From contig JACPJO010000004.1 of NCBI GenBank assembly GCA_016187485.1, forward strand, positions 1-54,305: a stretch of DNA of 54,305 nt, written 5' to 3'. The DNA is from Candidatus Uhrbacteria bacterium. Lineage in GTDB: Bacteria > Patescibacteriota > Patescibacteriia > UBA9934 > UBA10169. Positions 36,701-43,621 of this stretch are shown in pieces. A model generated the notes under the pieces. That model had not been told where the DNA came from, did not search any database, and worked only from the letters and a program-made list of their open reading frames with translations. The stretch's first letter is position 1; every line of letters starts with the position of its first letter. The translations under genes were made by a program, and so were the position numbers.

Positions 36701-39691
36701 ATCTGAAAGACTCAAGGAAAGCGATGCGGTGAACGCCACTTGCAAACCAAGTAAGTCACGATCCGCTTCCCAGGTCAGCTTCCTGAGCGATTGCAAAGGT
36801 GTAAAAAAGATACGGTAGTCAACTTTTGACTCACTTTTTATTTTTTGTGCAATTGCGAGGCAGGCAGTCAAAAGAGCTCCGGCTGCTTCAGACGCCCATA
36901 TTTCTGGAGCCGCATTTATCCATTCCTTGATTTTTTCCTCTTCACCCTTGAGCCCGTAAACAAGACCTATCAGAAATAGATCGTGGAAAAACTTAGTCCA
37001 CTTTTCTTTATCCAAATTTTGATACTCCGGCACCTTTGTGGGGAGATCTTCGTACGCAGGAAGTACGGGAAGTTTATCGGAGAAAACTCCATTTACCGCT
37101 CTATAAACGTCATGAAACGGAACAGTGTGCTTAGCAAGATTTTCTTTAAATTTCTCCGTCGCGTGAACAATGTCGTATTTAGCGCATTTATCCAAAATAT
37201 CCTCCACAACTTCAGGCGTGATCTCTTGTTGAAGCAGGAGTTTAACCTTCTCAACTTGATCCAGCTTTAAAAGTTGGGATGCGTAGATAGACAGTAGATC
37301 TTGAGACCAGCCTAAGTCAGAAAATTGAGCTATATACTTGACCACTCTTTCTACCTTGTGTGTACGGTCGTACGGAACAACCGTCACTAGTGCCTCGGTG
37401 ATTTTTGGCATCTGGCCGTTTTCTTTGTTTCGATATTCCTGACGGCCATGTCGATCTTGCAGGATTGTTATGATTTCTTCTGGAATATCTGCACTCCCGG
37501 ACTGATCAGCCACTTCCGCCACAACGGTCAGCGGAGTTGCGCCAAGGTCTTTTATTTTAAGTTCGCCCAGCATTTCTGGGTTAAGCCTGATCGCCTCAGC
37601 AAAGATATTTTCGGCACCCTCTTCAGAAGAATCTTCTGAGTTTGAATAGTATTGGCGGAGATGAGAAAGCTGAAGAGCTTTGGCGAAATCTTTCTTTTTA
37701 AAAGCGGCTTCTGTTCCAAGTCGTAGTAGTTCTGTAATCTGATAGCTATTTCGAGGAAATGCAATGGCTTCAACGAGCCACCGTTTGTCTAACTTTAAGA
37801 TAGGCTCAGAGTTGCCGGTTTCGAATTCTATCTTAGCTAGTTCAGCCCAACGTAAAGAGTCATATGGGCACGAGACAAGCCATTCCTTAATCTCTTTTTT
37901 CAGAACAACCTTGCGCTCATCGAAGTCAGGCTGTTGAAGGAGAAATACTTCAAAGCTGTTATGATAAATCGAGATTCGACCTTGCGTATCAGGCTTAGTG
38001 AGATGCTGTATATCCCTAAAAGCCGCAGCTATTTCCGAAGGATTTGTCTTGGAAATACAATCAATCAATTGCACTTTTTTGAATGTGAAATTTACACTCG
38101 CCAAAGTAAAGAGGATCGTCTTCGCCTCATCAGAAAGATGCGACCACAGGGCTTGATAATAGCTCGTAATCTCGCCACCGTACGGCAAAAGATCCTTGAT
38201 AACATATTCGGTTATCAATGTATTGCCGTATCGTGACTTGATTTCATTGAGAACGTAGCGAAGATGAAGCGGATTACCTTGGGTGAGGTTAAAAATTTTT
38301 GCGACCACCGCTGTTAACGCATCTTCTTCCGACGGTATATTGATTCTCGCTAAATTCTTTCTGATAATCCTATCTACAGCATCTGTGCTCAAACCAGGAA
38401 GTTTAATCCATTCCGTAACCGGACACTTCTGCAAAATTATTAGTGGTAGATGCTCAGAAACTTGCTGTTGTGTACCCAAAACAATCCATAAGCCCCTTTG
38501 TGGGAAGCAAACGCTTTGCAAGAATTTTTTCAGCTCGTCTATGTCCGCGTGCCTGACCACATGATCAAGGCCATCGATAATTAAAACAAAGGTTTTATTT
38601 TGTTGCGCAACAAAAGAAGCCGCAGCATTAATAAATTCTCGCGGAGGAATGGATTGTGAGTTTTTATTTGCAAGACCCCCTAAGGCTTCCGGGTACTCCT
38701 TGAACTGCGCCTTAATAGCTTCAATGACCCTCTCGGCATTTAGTCTCTCTTGAGAGTTCGTTTCCTCTGGAGAGAGGTGGTAGTGATGCCTTACAGACAT
38801 GACTTCCTTTTCCTCAAGAGTTGCGCATAACTTTGAAAGATAAACGCTTTTGCCTGTTCCTGGATTTCCGGTAAATACCTTAACCCCTCCTTCAACTTTC
38901 TTTAGATCCTGAAGAATCTCTTGGTGCGCCGTCTCATCAAAGAATTCAAAATCATCCGGTATTAGAAAGTCTTCTTCTAAACCCCTGGGAGCATCAAACT
39001 CACACCAATCACGCAACTGACCAAGACTAATTGGTTGCGTTGGACTTTTTCTGCATTCTTTCCCTATTTGATGAAGTAGATTGACGACGCCGTTCTCTGT
39101 TGCGTTTAGATCCTTATAAAAACGCTCAAAATTCTCCTTCTCGAATTCGTCCGGAACTTTCTGTGCAAAGTTAAAACTAAACAATTTAAAAAAACTGGCG
39201 GCAACATCCTCCTCACCGATAGCTGCAATAATCTTCGCGAACAGATCGCTATCCGATGCTTTTATTGCATCAATGTCGATCTTTTTGTTATCGCCCAAAA
39301 AGCTGACGATATTGGCCTCAGCTCCGCTGTCCGTGACCAAGCCCGCATACTTTACTTTTTCCTTGAGCTCCTCCCGCTCGATAGAATCAGCCCATTTCTT
39401 CAGTAGGGATGGTTTTCCTTCTTTCCCCACGAGCAGATCATCCCAAGACCATAGATTTTGCGGATCCTGTCGGTGTTTGACCTGGTAAAAGTGATAAAGG
39501 TCACCCTTGTCACGCAATATTATGTCGTCCAAATAAAAACCTCCCGTGCCGGATTCTTCGGGCGCAGTTTCAAATTGGATTGATCTGAAAGAATCAGGGT
39601 CGACTAGCCAGTCACCGCATAGCTTCAACCCCCAAAGATCCTGGTAATCGAACCCACTTCTAATTGAACTCGTGGTATTTCTCCGGGTCAT
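33782..39691 (-). CDS. 1969-aa Cap4/DUF4297-like nuclease + STAND P-loop NTPase + large C-terminal region (Avs/NLR-like candidate defence protein)
   Basis: The N-terminus has GFDYQDLWG, IQFE, LDDIIL and YQVKH, a PD-(D/E)xK-type D...QxK pattern. Walker A is FTGNPGTGKS (aa 273-282) and Walker B is VLIIDGLDH (aa 369-377). GNPLHLRYVL follows, then more than 1300 aa without obvious repeats, including a HEAT-like LVRERAATAIAQLL. Confidence 0.85.
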   Translation of the reverse strand: MTRRNTTSSIRSGFDYQDLWGLKLCGDWLVDPDSFRSIQFETAPEESGTGGFYLDDIILRDKGDLYHFYQVKHRQDPQNLWSWDDLLVGKEGKPSLLKKWADSIEREELKEKVKYAGLVTDSGAEANIVSFLGDNKKIDIDAIKASDSDLFAKIIAAIGEEDVAASFFKLFSFNFAQKVPDEFEKENFERFYKDLNATENGVVNLLHQIGKECRKSPTQPISLGQLRDWCEFDAPRGLEEDFLIPDDFEFFDETAHQEILQDLKKVEGGVKVFTGNPGTGKSVYLSKLCATLEEKEVMSVRHHYHLSPEETNSQERLNAERVIEAIKAQFKEYPEALGGLANKNSQSIPPREFINAAASFVAQQNKTFVLIIDGLDHVVRHADIDELKKFLQSVCFPQRGLWIVLGTQQQVSEHLPLIILQKCPVTEWIKLPGLSTDAVDRIIRKNLARINIPSEEDALTAVVAKIFNLTQGNPLHLRYVLNEIKSRYGNTLITEYVIKDLLPYGGEITSYYQALWSHLSDEAKTILFTLASVNFTFKKVQLIDCISKTNPSEIAAAFRDIQHLTKPDTQGRISIYHNSFEVFLLQQPDFDERKVVLKKEIKEWLVSCPYDSLRWAELAKIEFETGNSEPILKLDKRWLVEAIAFPRNSYQITELLRLGTEAAFKKKDFAKALQLSHLRQYYSNSEDSSEEGAENIFAEAIRLNPEMLGELKIKDLGATPLTVVAEVADQSGSADIPEEIITILQDRHGRQEYRNKENGQMPKITEALVTVVPYDRTHKVERVVKYIAQFSDLGWSQDLLSIYASQLLKLDQVEKVKLLLQQEITPEVVEDILDKCAKYDIVHATEKFKENLAKHTVPFHDVYRAVNGVFSDKLPVLPAYEDLPTKVPEYQNLDKEKWTKFFHDLFLIGLVYGLKGEEEKIKEWINAAPEIWASEAAGALLTACLAIAQKIKSESKVDYRIFFTPLQSLRKLTWEADRDLLGLQVAFTASLSLSLSDLVMLKIAVESLHQFTPEDVISILSTPFFNAANLLEFSIKQCKPVFSSAAHAHFNETQVTNLKESVGYFSERTASFADLATLCRIQGDTERAKELLLDSAKNLLGYGYHKDMYLDGVLDAILACGTAGVEAVKMRHWLASIAPIVENVTEYTDGDGTNHLSLNLAQVFDKFDRPTLYKDYYVNADSEYLFHAEDLFEVIVQSSPYDSDVSTALATTALDEDSYKSLGIVAQKQEGAAKALSTITDYFGEITYPEKDAPTPYTRPASAEDFSSVPPDVLVQSVNERRFDSPWEREVYLHGWLIYWLGNGNKEQVYRSFVAVVPEAELNHLGGELLDVLYPLAYEFNNGRAFDLLCRAQANDNGWQSYWTDKKKAEARWAFLRDKYPTRHLEFFENSIAVGSKWRDGLEYFVPIARAVDFFVLFGDLVNAEIITEASIIFADSLMAETKLPPPIWEEVRYAADEVDEFDLVVQRLTWPSPLVRERAATAIAQLLISSSEREGLYKKFLDKLQRAPLESVVAIYLLCLIRASSLTAKENISYIKLADIVSNLKVNSAVIQELLQELAALLDEDIEAIVLPPFGMVSTAPTAFVIDDFFQKYIKSFLAPIYYERAKDIEGKIGVGFIKQWAHTSSVLIHENGISLNAGAGHFQGRERGASLVGMSTRVSEAYRSAFLRVLHSFYVDGKIPEDFYLEYAYATLPVDLGIWQKIMGRLPAWWPRLAEGRLTEVGLVEADLQTPVESILAINQDKPFLAFEGAIMPPPTAKTDPHHSISVIGFAYEVVGSELPTAEEVAKLIVNNPALTLIPTHTPSPFSFLDNPAACLYPLHLNPTKIKDLIVYPLVARTRDLTINLWQYFRDYQLQFLPVPEIRQDSTGEIRGLIYEYRNGEETIITHSDWIEGLKERNNMDMPLPYGQWLQIDRTFLEGFLSQNGLRMGYLVQSTYRHQEHGYGDVQKVEQYRLLNVSPIILPPSMP

Positions 39692-39757
39692 TTCATGCTT
39701 TTATTGCAGATGTAGATTATCTCGTTTTACTGTCTTTGTCTCCTTGACCGCGGTTAA

Positions 39758-40297
39758 TTAGAAAGATAGCTCCACTTGCTTTCCGTCCAAACCTTGCAGG
39801 TGATAGACGAACTCCTCGTAGTCCGTGTTCGAATTCAAGCTATATAGGGCTACACAATCCGCATCATAAGCGTCATTCAGCTTTTTTGAGTACGGGTCTT
39901 TCTGCGCCTCGGCAAAGAGCGCTGCTGACTGTTCTGTTTTGAACACGGCAACTTTGGCAAATGTGCTCTTTCCAAACTCTGCGTGTAACTGTTTTCCTAG
40001 GGTCGCCATGAACTCATCATTTAGGTACTGTTCCTCCACGACGATAGATTTCCAAATGTAACCGTTTTCCGAATTATCCCAGACGACCTCGTAAGGGACT
40101 TTTACCTGTGCCACTTCGCGCTGTTCTCCTGACCCATCCATCATTCCAACGATAGGGAGCTCTGCAAGAAGCTTCTGCGCCTCCACTATGCGGAGCAGGT
40201 AGATAATCAAGTCAATCTTCGAGAGAAGTGGCAAAGAGACTTTAACGACGTAGATAGGCGGATTAATGCCTTGCTGGAATTGTATATCTCGGGGCAT
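39758..40297 (-). CDS. Small hypothetical protein upstream of, and probably co-transcribed with, the STAND gene
   Basis: A 540-nt ORF in AT-rich DNA, 66 nt upstream of the giant gene. The start is uncertain: the first ~55 codons are antisense to the recombinase remnant, and an alternative start MMDGSGEQ lies at 40144. Confidence 0.55.
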   Translation of the reverse strand: MPRDIQFQQGINPPIYVVKVSLPLLSKIDLIIYLLRIVEAQKLLAELPIVGMMDGSGEQREVAQVKVPYEVVWDNSENGYIWKSIVVEEQYLNDEFMATLGKQLHAEFGKSTFAKVAVFKTEQSAALFAEAQKDPYSKKLNDAYDADCVALYSLNSNTDYEEFVYHLQGLDGKQVELSF

Positions 40298-40663
40298 CTC
40301 GAAAAGGACGACTACGTGAAAAAGAAAAATGAACTATTGTCCGAAAAATCGGCCTTGGCGGAAAAGCTGAATGATAGCGGACAATCAACAAATAATTGGC
40401 TCCAGCAAACAGAAGACTTCTTTGGGTTGGCTCATGCCGCGTACGAAACATTCAAGAGTCCAAAGACGACCTTGGTACGCAAGAAGCAAATCTTACAGGA
40501 CATCGGTTGGAACCTTGAACTCTCCGATGGAAAACTGCGCTGGGAGTATAAAAAGCCGTTCGACTTCCTCGTAGAGCGACAACCAGCATTTATTTCGGTT
40601 GGAACTCGAAAATATAGCTTAGGTAAAAAGAAAAACACCTCTCTCGAAAGAGAAGTGGTTTTC
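40133..40663 (+). pseudogene. 5'-truncated large serine recombinase (C-terminal coiled-coil region only)
   Basis: The frame is open from 40133 (after TGA 40130-40132) and reads ...DVDRRINALLELYISGHLEKDDYVKKKNELLSEKSALAEKL...KKQILQDIGWNLELSDGKL, typical of the C-terminal part of large serine recombinases. No catalytic N-terminal domain is encoded upstream, where all + frames are closed. The frame reads on into the tRNA. Confidence 0.6.
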
Positions 40664-40740
40664 TGGCGGGTCGGACGGGACTCGAACCCGCGATCTTCGC
40701 CGTGACAGGGCGACGTGTTAACCAGCTACACTACCGACCC
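40664..40740 (-). tRNA. tRNA-Asp (anticodon GTC), CCA encoded
   Basis: Minus strand: GGGTCGG TA GTGT AGCTGGTTA ACAC G TCGCC CTGTCAC GGCGA AGATC GCGGG TTCGAGT CCCGT CCGACCC G CCA. This folds as a 77-nt cloverleaf with GTC in the anticodon loop. Confidence 0.92.
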
Positions 40741-40806
40741 ACGGTAGAAAGCGCCGGCATAATAGCATGGGTCTTTTCGACCGGCAAGGAAAGCGGGGTC
40801 CGACCA

Positions 40807-41232
40807 CTATTCATTTACTTCTCGATAGGAGGTGCCAGATTTTATGGCTTCAAGAACAGCACGCACGGGCTCAAACAAAGGTTCCGGAAGGTTATCAAGC
40901 GGATACCAACCCACGTGCTCAATGCGATCCTCCTCCATAATGCGCGGCTCACCCGAAATGTGGTCGGCAACAAACGACACGTCCACATAATGCTTGCCGT
41001 ACTTCATCATGTTCGTACACACAACAAAACGGACGTTCCCCACCTCTATCCCAAGCTCCTCGCGCGCTTCCCGCTTCACGGCCTCAACGGGACTCTCCCC
41101 AAACTCCAAGTGACCCCCCAAAGATCCGTAGCACCCGGACGCATGCGACCCTTTACGTTTAGCTAACAGGGTTTTGCCATCCTTGATGATGACCGCCCCC
41201 ACGCCGACTTTCACAACAGGTTGTGACTCCAT
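40807..41232 (-). CDS. NUDIX hydrolase
   Basis: Nudix box GGHLEFGESPVEAVKREAREELGI. Confidence 0.85.
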   Translation of the reverse strand: MESQPVVKVGVGAVIIKDGKTLLAKRKGSHASGCYGSLGGHLEFGESPVEAVKREAREELGIEVGNVRFVVCTNMMKYGKHYVDVSFVADHISGEPRIMEEDRIEHVGWYPLDNLPEPLFEPVRAVLEAIKSGTSYREVNE

Positions 41233-41344
41233 AATGCGGGCACTTTATCATAGTCCGAGTTGGTTATGAAACACCAGGTGGCTTTTGCTTTTGTCCCTAT
41301 TATCTGATTCAATACTCCGGCCACCAGGGCAAAGGAGACCCGTC

Positions 41345-41593
41345 ATGGCCCACGCACATTCGAAGGGGTACCGCAGGCACGTCCGCCGCGTGAAGGCGGC
41401 CAAGCGCCGCGAGGACAGCTTCCACCCCGTCCGCATAGAGACACCTCTCCCTCCCCCACACCCGCGCGAGTGGATCTGTGAGGAACAGCGGTGGAACTCA
41501 CGCCTGCTCCGCATTGTGTCCTGCGGTGCACTGAACTCTGTGGGCAGTTGGTACTGCAGCAGGTGCGGGCACTCGAAGCCCGTCGCTGCCTAG
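41345..41593 (+). CDS. Small basic GC-rich protein with a zinc-ribbon-like C-terminus
   Basis: AAGGAG lies 7 nt before ATG 41345. The protein reads MAHAHSKGYRRHVRRVKAAKRRE...C-x14-C-x10-CSRCG and is followed by a terminator. It competes with antisense ORF 41343..41624. Confidence 0.4.
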   Translation: MAHAHSKGYRRHVRRVKAAKRREDSFHPVRIETPLPPPHPREWICEEQRWNSRLLRIVSCGALNSVGSWYCSRCGHSKPVAA

Positions 41594-41629
41594 CGACCTC
41601 GTCGGCGCAAGCGATTCTCTCCATCCTCT

Positions 41630-41655
41630 CCCGCCCACGGCGGGATTTCGATTTT
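41630..41655 (+). terminator. Rho-independent terminator
   Basis: CCCGCC-cac-GGCGGG followed by ATTTCGATTTT. Confidence 0.5.
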
Positions 41656-41674
41656 CAAGCTACAATACTCGAGC

Positions 41675-42862
41675 ATGTCTATCGACCGGGGCCTCCTGCC
41701 CTACTACATTTTCCGCGCACTCGACCGGCGTTTCGTTCTACCCGTCTGGGTCGTGTTTATGATCGACCGCGGGTTGTCGCTTAATCAGATCGGCATGGTC
41801 GCCGCAGCCTGTACGGTCATCACGTTTATCCTTGAAGTGCCGAGCGGCGCCGTGGCCGACCACATGGGCCACCGCCGCGCCCTTGCGCTTGGAATGCTGG
41901 GCGAGGGAATTGCCATGTTTGTCTTCTTGGGCGGCACATTCTGGTGGATCTTGGCTGGCGCCCTTCTTTATTGGGGTTCTGGCACGCTCATTTCTGGCAC
42001 CAAGCAAGCCATCATTCACGAATACCTCCTTGCCCGCGGACGCGACCACGAATACCAGCGCGTTATGAGCACTGCACGCATGTGGGCAAGCGGGCTCAGC
42101 CTTTTTGGAGTAGGCATCGCTGGTTTCGTCTACGAGTATTCCCCTGTCCTCACCTTTTCTGCTGGAGCCGTCCTGTTCTTCATAGGTACCATCGCCATCG
42201 CGCGCTTCGACCCAAACCACGTGCATGTCTCGGTCGCAAAGGAGGAGGGGTTCGCCGCCTTGATGCACCATTTTCAGAGCGCGTGGAAAACCATTCGTCG
42301 CGAGCCGACGCTGTTCTGGCTTTTGAGCATTGATGCCTTGTTTGTTGGTATGGAGTACGGGTCTGGAGAATTCCAGCCCGTGGTGTTCACCCGTCTAGGA
42401 ATTACTGTGGGCATCATCGGCATCTATGCAGCTATCAAGCGCTTGCTGTCCTTTATCCTCGCCCCCATCTTGGCGAAGATCGGCCCACAGCTTTCCCTTC
42501 GTTCAGTTTTGTTGAGTAATTACGTTCTCACCGTCGCGTACTTTTTTGGTGTTGCTTTTGTGACACATCGTATCTTGATTCTGTTCGTCGTCTTGCTTGC
42601 AACATCCGTCTATGTCATTTCCGATATTGTGGTCTCTGATGCCGTAAACAAACGCATCCCAAGCGGTTCGCGCGCCACAACCCTGTCGTTGCGAAACCTC
42701 GAAGAACACGTTTTCAAAACTCTCTGCGTCCTTTCGCTCGGATGGCTCGGAAGTTTTCTTACGCTTGCTCAAGCACATCTCATACTGGGGCTCATCGCTC
42801 TCATCGGCGGCGGAGCTGTCCTATTCTACTGGAACTCCCTTGAAGTGCAGCGTTCCTTATAA
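41675..42862 (+). CDS. MFS transporter
   Basis: A 395-aa protein with about 12 hydrophobic segments and an MFS-like loop, GAVADHMGHRRAL. Confidence 0.85.
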   Translation: MSIDRGLLPYYIFRALDRRFVLPVWVVFMIDRGLSLNQIGMVAAACTVITFILEVPSGAVADHMGHRRALALGMLGEGIAMFVFLGGTFWWILAGALLYWGSGTLISGTKQAIIHEYLLARGRDHEYQRVMSTARMWASGLSLFGVGIAGFVYEYSPVLTFSAGAVLFFIGTIAIARFDPNHVHVSVAKEEGFAALMHHFQSAWKTIRREPTLFWLLSIDALFVGMEYGSGEFQPVVFTRLGITVGIIGIYAAIKRLLSFILAPILAKIGPQLSLRSVLLSNYVLTVAYFFGVAFVTHRILILFVVLLATSVYVISDIVVSDAVNKRIPSGSRATTLSLRNLEEHVFKTLCVLSLGWLGSFLTLAQAHLILGLIALIGGGAVLFYWNSLEVQRSL

Positions 42863-42868
42863 AAGGGA

Positions 42869-42889
42869 AAAGAGCCCGTGGGGCTCTTT
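42869..42889. terminator. Bidirectional hairpin between convergent genes
   Basis: AAAGAGCCC-gtg-GGGCTCTTT. Confidence 0.55.
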
Positions 42890-42917
42890 GAAGAAGAATG
42901 GACGTGGACGCGCGCCG

Positions 42918-43460
42918 TCAGCGCTGGCGGGACGGGCAGTCGTCGGGGAGCTTCGCGCTCCGGGCAGGCGACTGCGCCGCCACGAGACGGTCCTCGTTGT
43001 TCTGGAAGTCGCCGTAGGCGCCAAGAGCGAGGTAGTAGATCTGCTTGGACGCTCTGTCGATCGCCTCGTAGACCCCGTCGAACGAAAACGTCTCGAAATC
43101 GTGGTTCAGCTCGTCGGGGATGATTCCGAGGCGGAGCTCCGCCGGTGCAGTCTGCACCGACGCCAGGAGCTCGGCCTTGAACCCCTCGAAGTTGGCCTTC
43201 CGCGTCCCGACGTCAGCGTTGGCGAGCAGGCGTGCGGCATTGCTCATCGCATCCCACTCCTGCGCGCGAAACGTCAAGGTCTTCATGGCATCGAAGAGGA
43301 CGCAGCGGTAGGCGACCTCGACCTGGATCTCGACCGTCACCTTCTCCTCGTTGGTGAGGGTGATGTTCTCCCCGTCGGTCTTGGTGGGAGCGCTCCCCAT
43401 CATCAGGATGGCGGCGAGAGAGACGATCGTGTTGAGGAACTTGCGGAAGGAGCTGGACAT
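42918..43460 (-). CDS. GC-rich secreted hypothetical protein
   Basis: Within ORF 42918..43553. Start MSSSFRKFLNTIVSLAAILMMGSAPT at 43460, with GGAGGAAACCC upstream. An AT-rich upstream region carries TATAAT (minus strand, 43505-43500) and TTGACT-17-TATGTT (43553-43525). Confidence 0.65.
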   Translation of the reverse strand: MSSSFRKFLNTIVSLAAILMMGSAPTKTDGENITLTNEEKVTVEIQVEVAYRCVLFDAMKTLTFRAQEWDAMSNAARLLANADVGTRKANFEGFKAELLASVQTAPAELRLGIIPDELNHDFETFSFDGVYEAIDRASKQIYYLALGAYGDFQNNEDRLVAAQSPARSAKLPDDCPSRQR

Positions 43461-43621
43461 GGGTTTCCTCCGTATGTCCGGTTTGTCATCCCGTGAGTCA
43501 TTATACCCACGTTCAGAACAGCCGAACATACCCGTTTTTTTGAAAAAAGTCAATCCCTTGTAGAGTTGTAACGCGGAAATATGGCCGCTTTGGTTCTTTA
43601 CCTACAAAACTCGGTTTCGCA

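Larger units (their letters stand above)
33677..40663. mobile_element. AT-rich genomic island abutting the 3' end of tRNA-Asp (degraded integrative element carrying a defence-like cargo)
   Basis: Composition and codon usage are markedly more AT-rich than in flanking genes. A serine-recombinase C-terminal remnant lies next to the tRNA. TGGCGGGACG at 33711-33720 resembles the tRNA 3' end TGGCGGGTCG at 40664-40673 (9 of 10 match, weak evidence). Confidence 0.5.

Noticed and set aside
40271-40705. 144-aa ORF treated as an intact gene
   Set aside because: It lacks the catalytic N-terminal half of a serine recombinase. Its last ~14 codons are simply the tRNA-Asp sequence read as protein. It is annotated as a truncated remnant instead.
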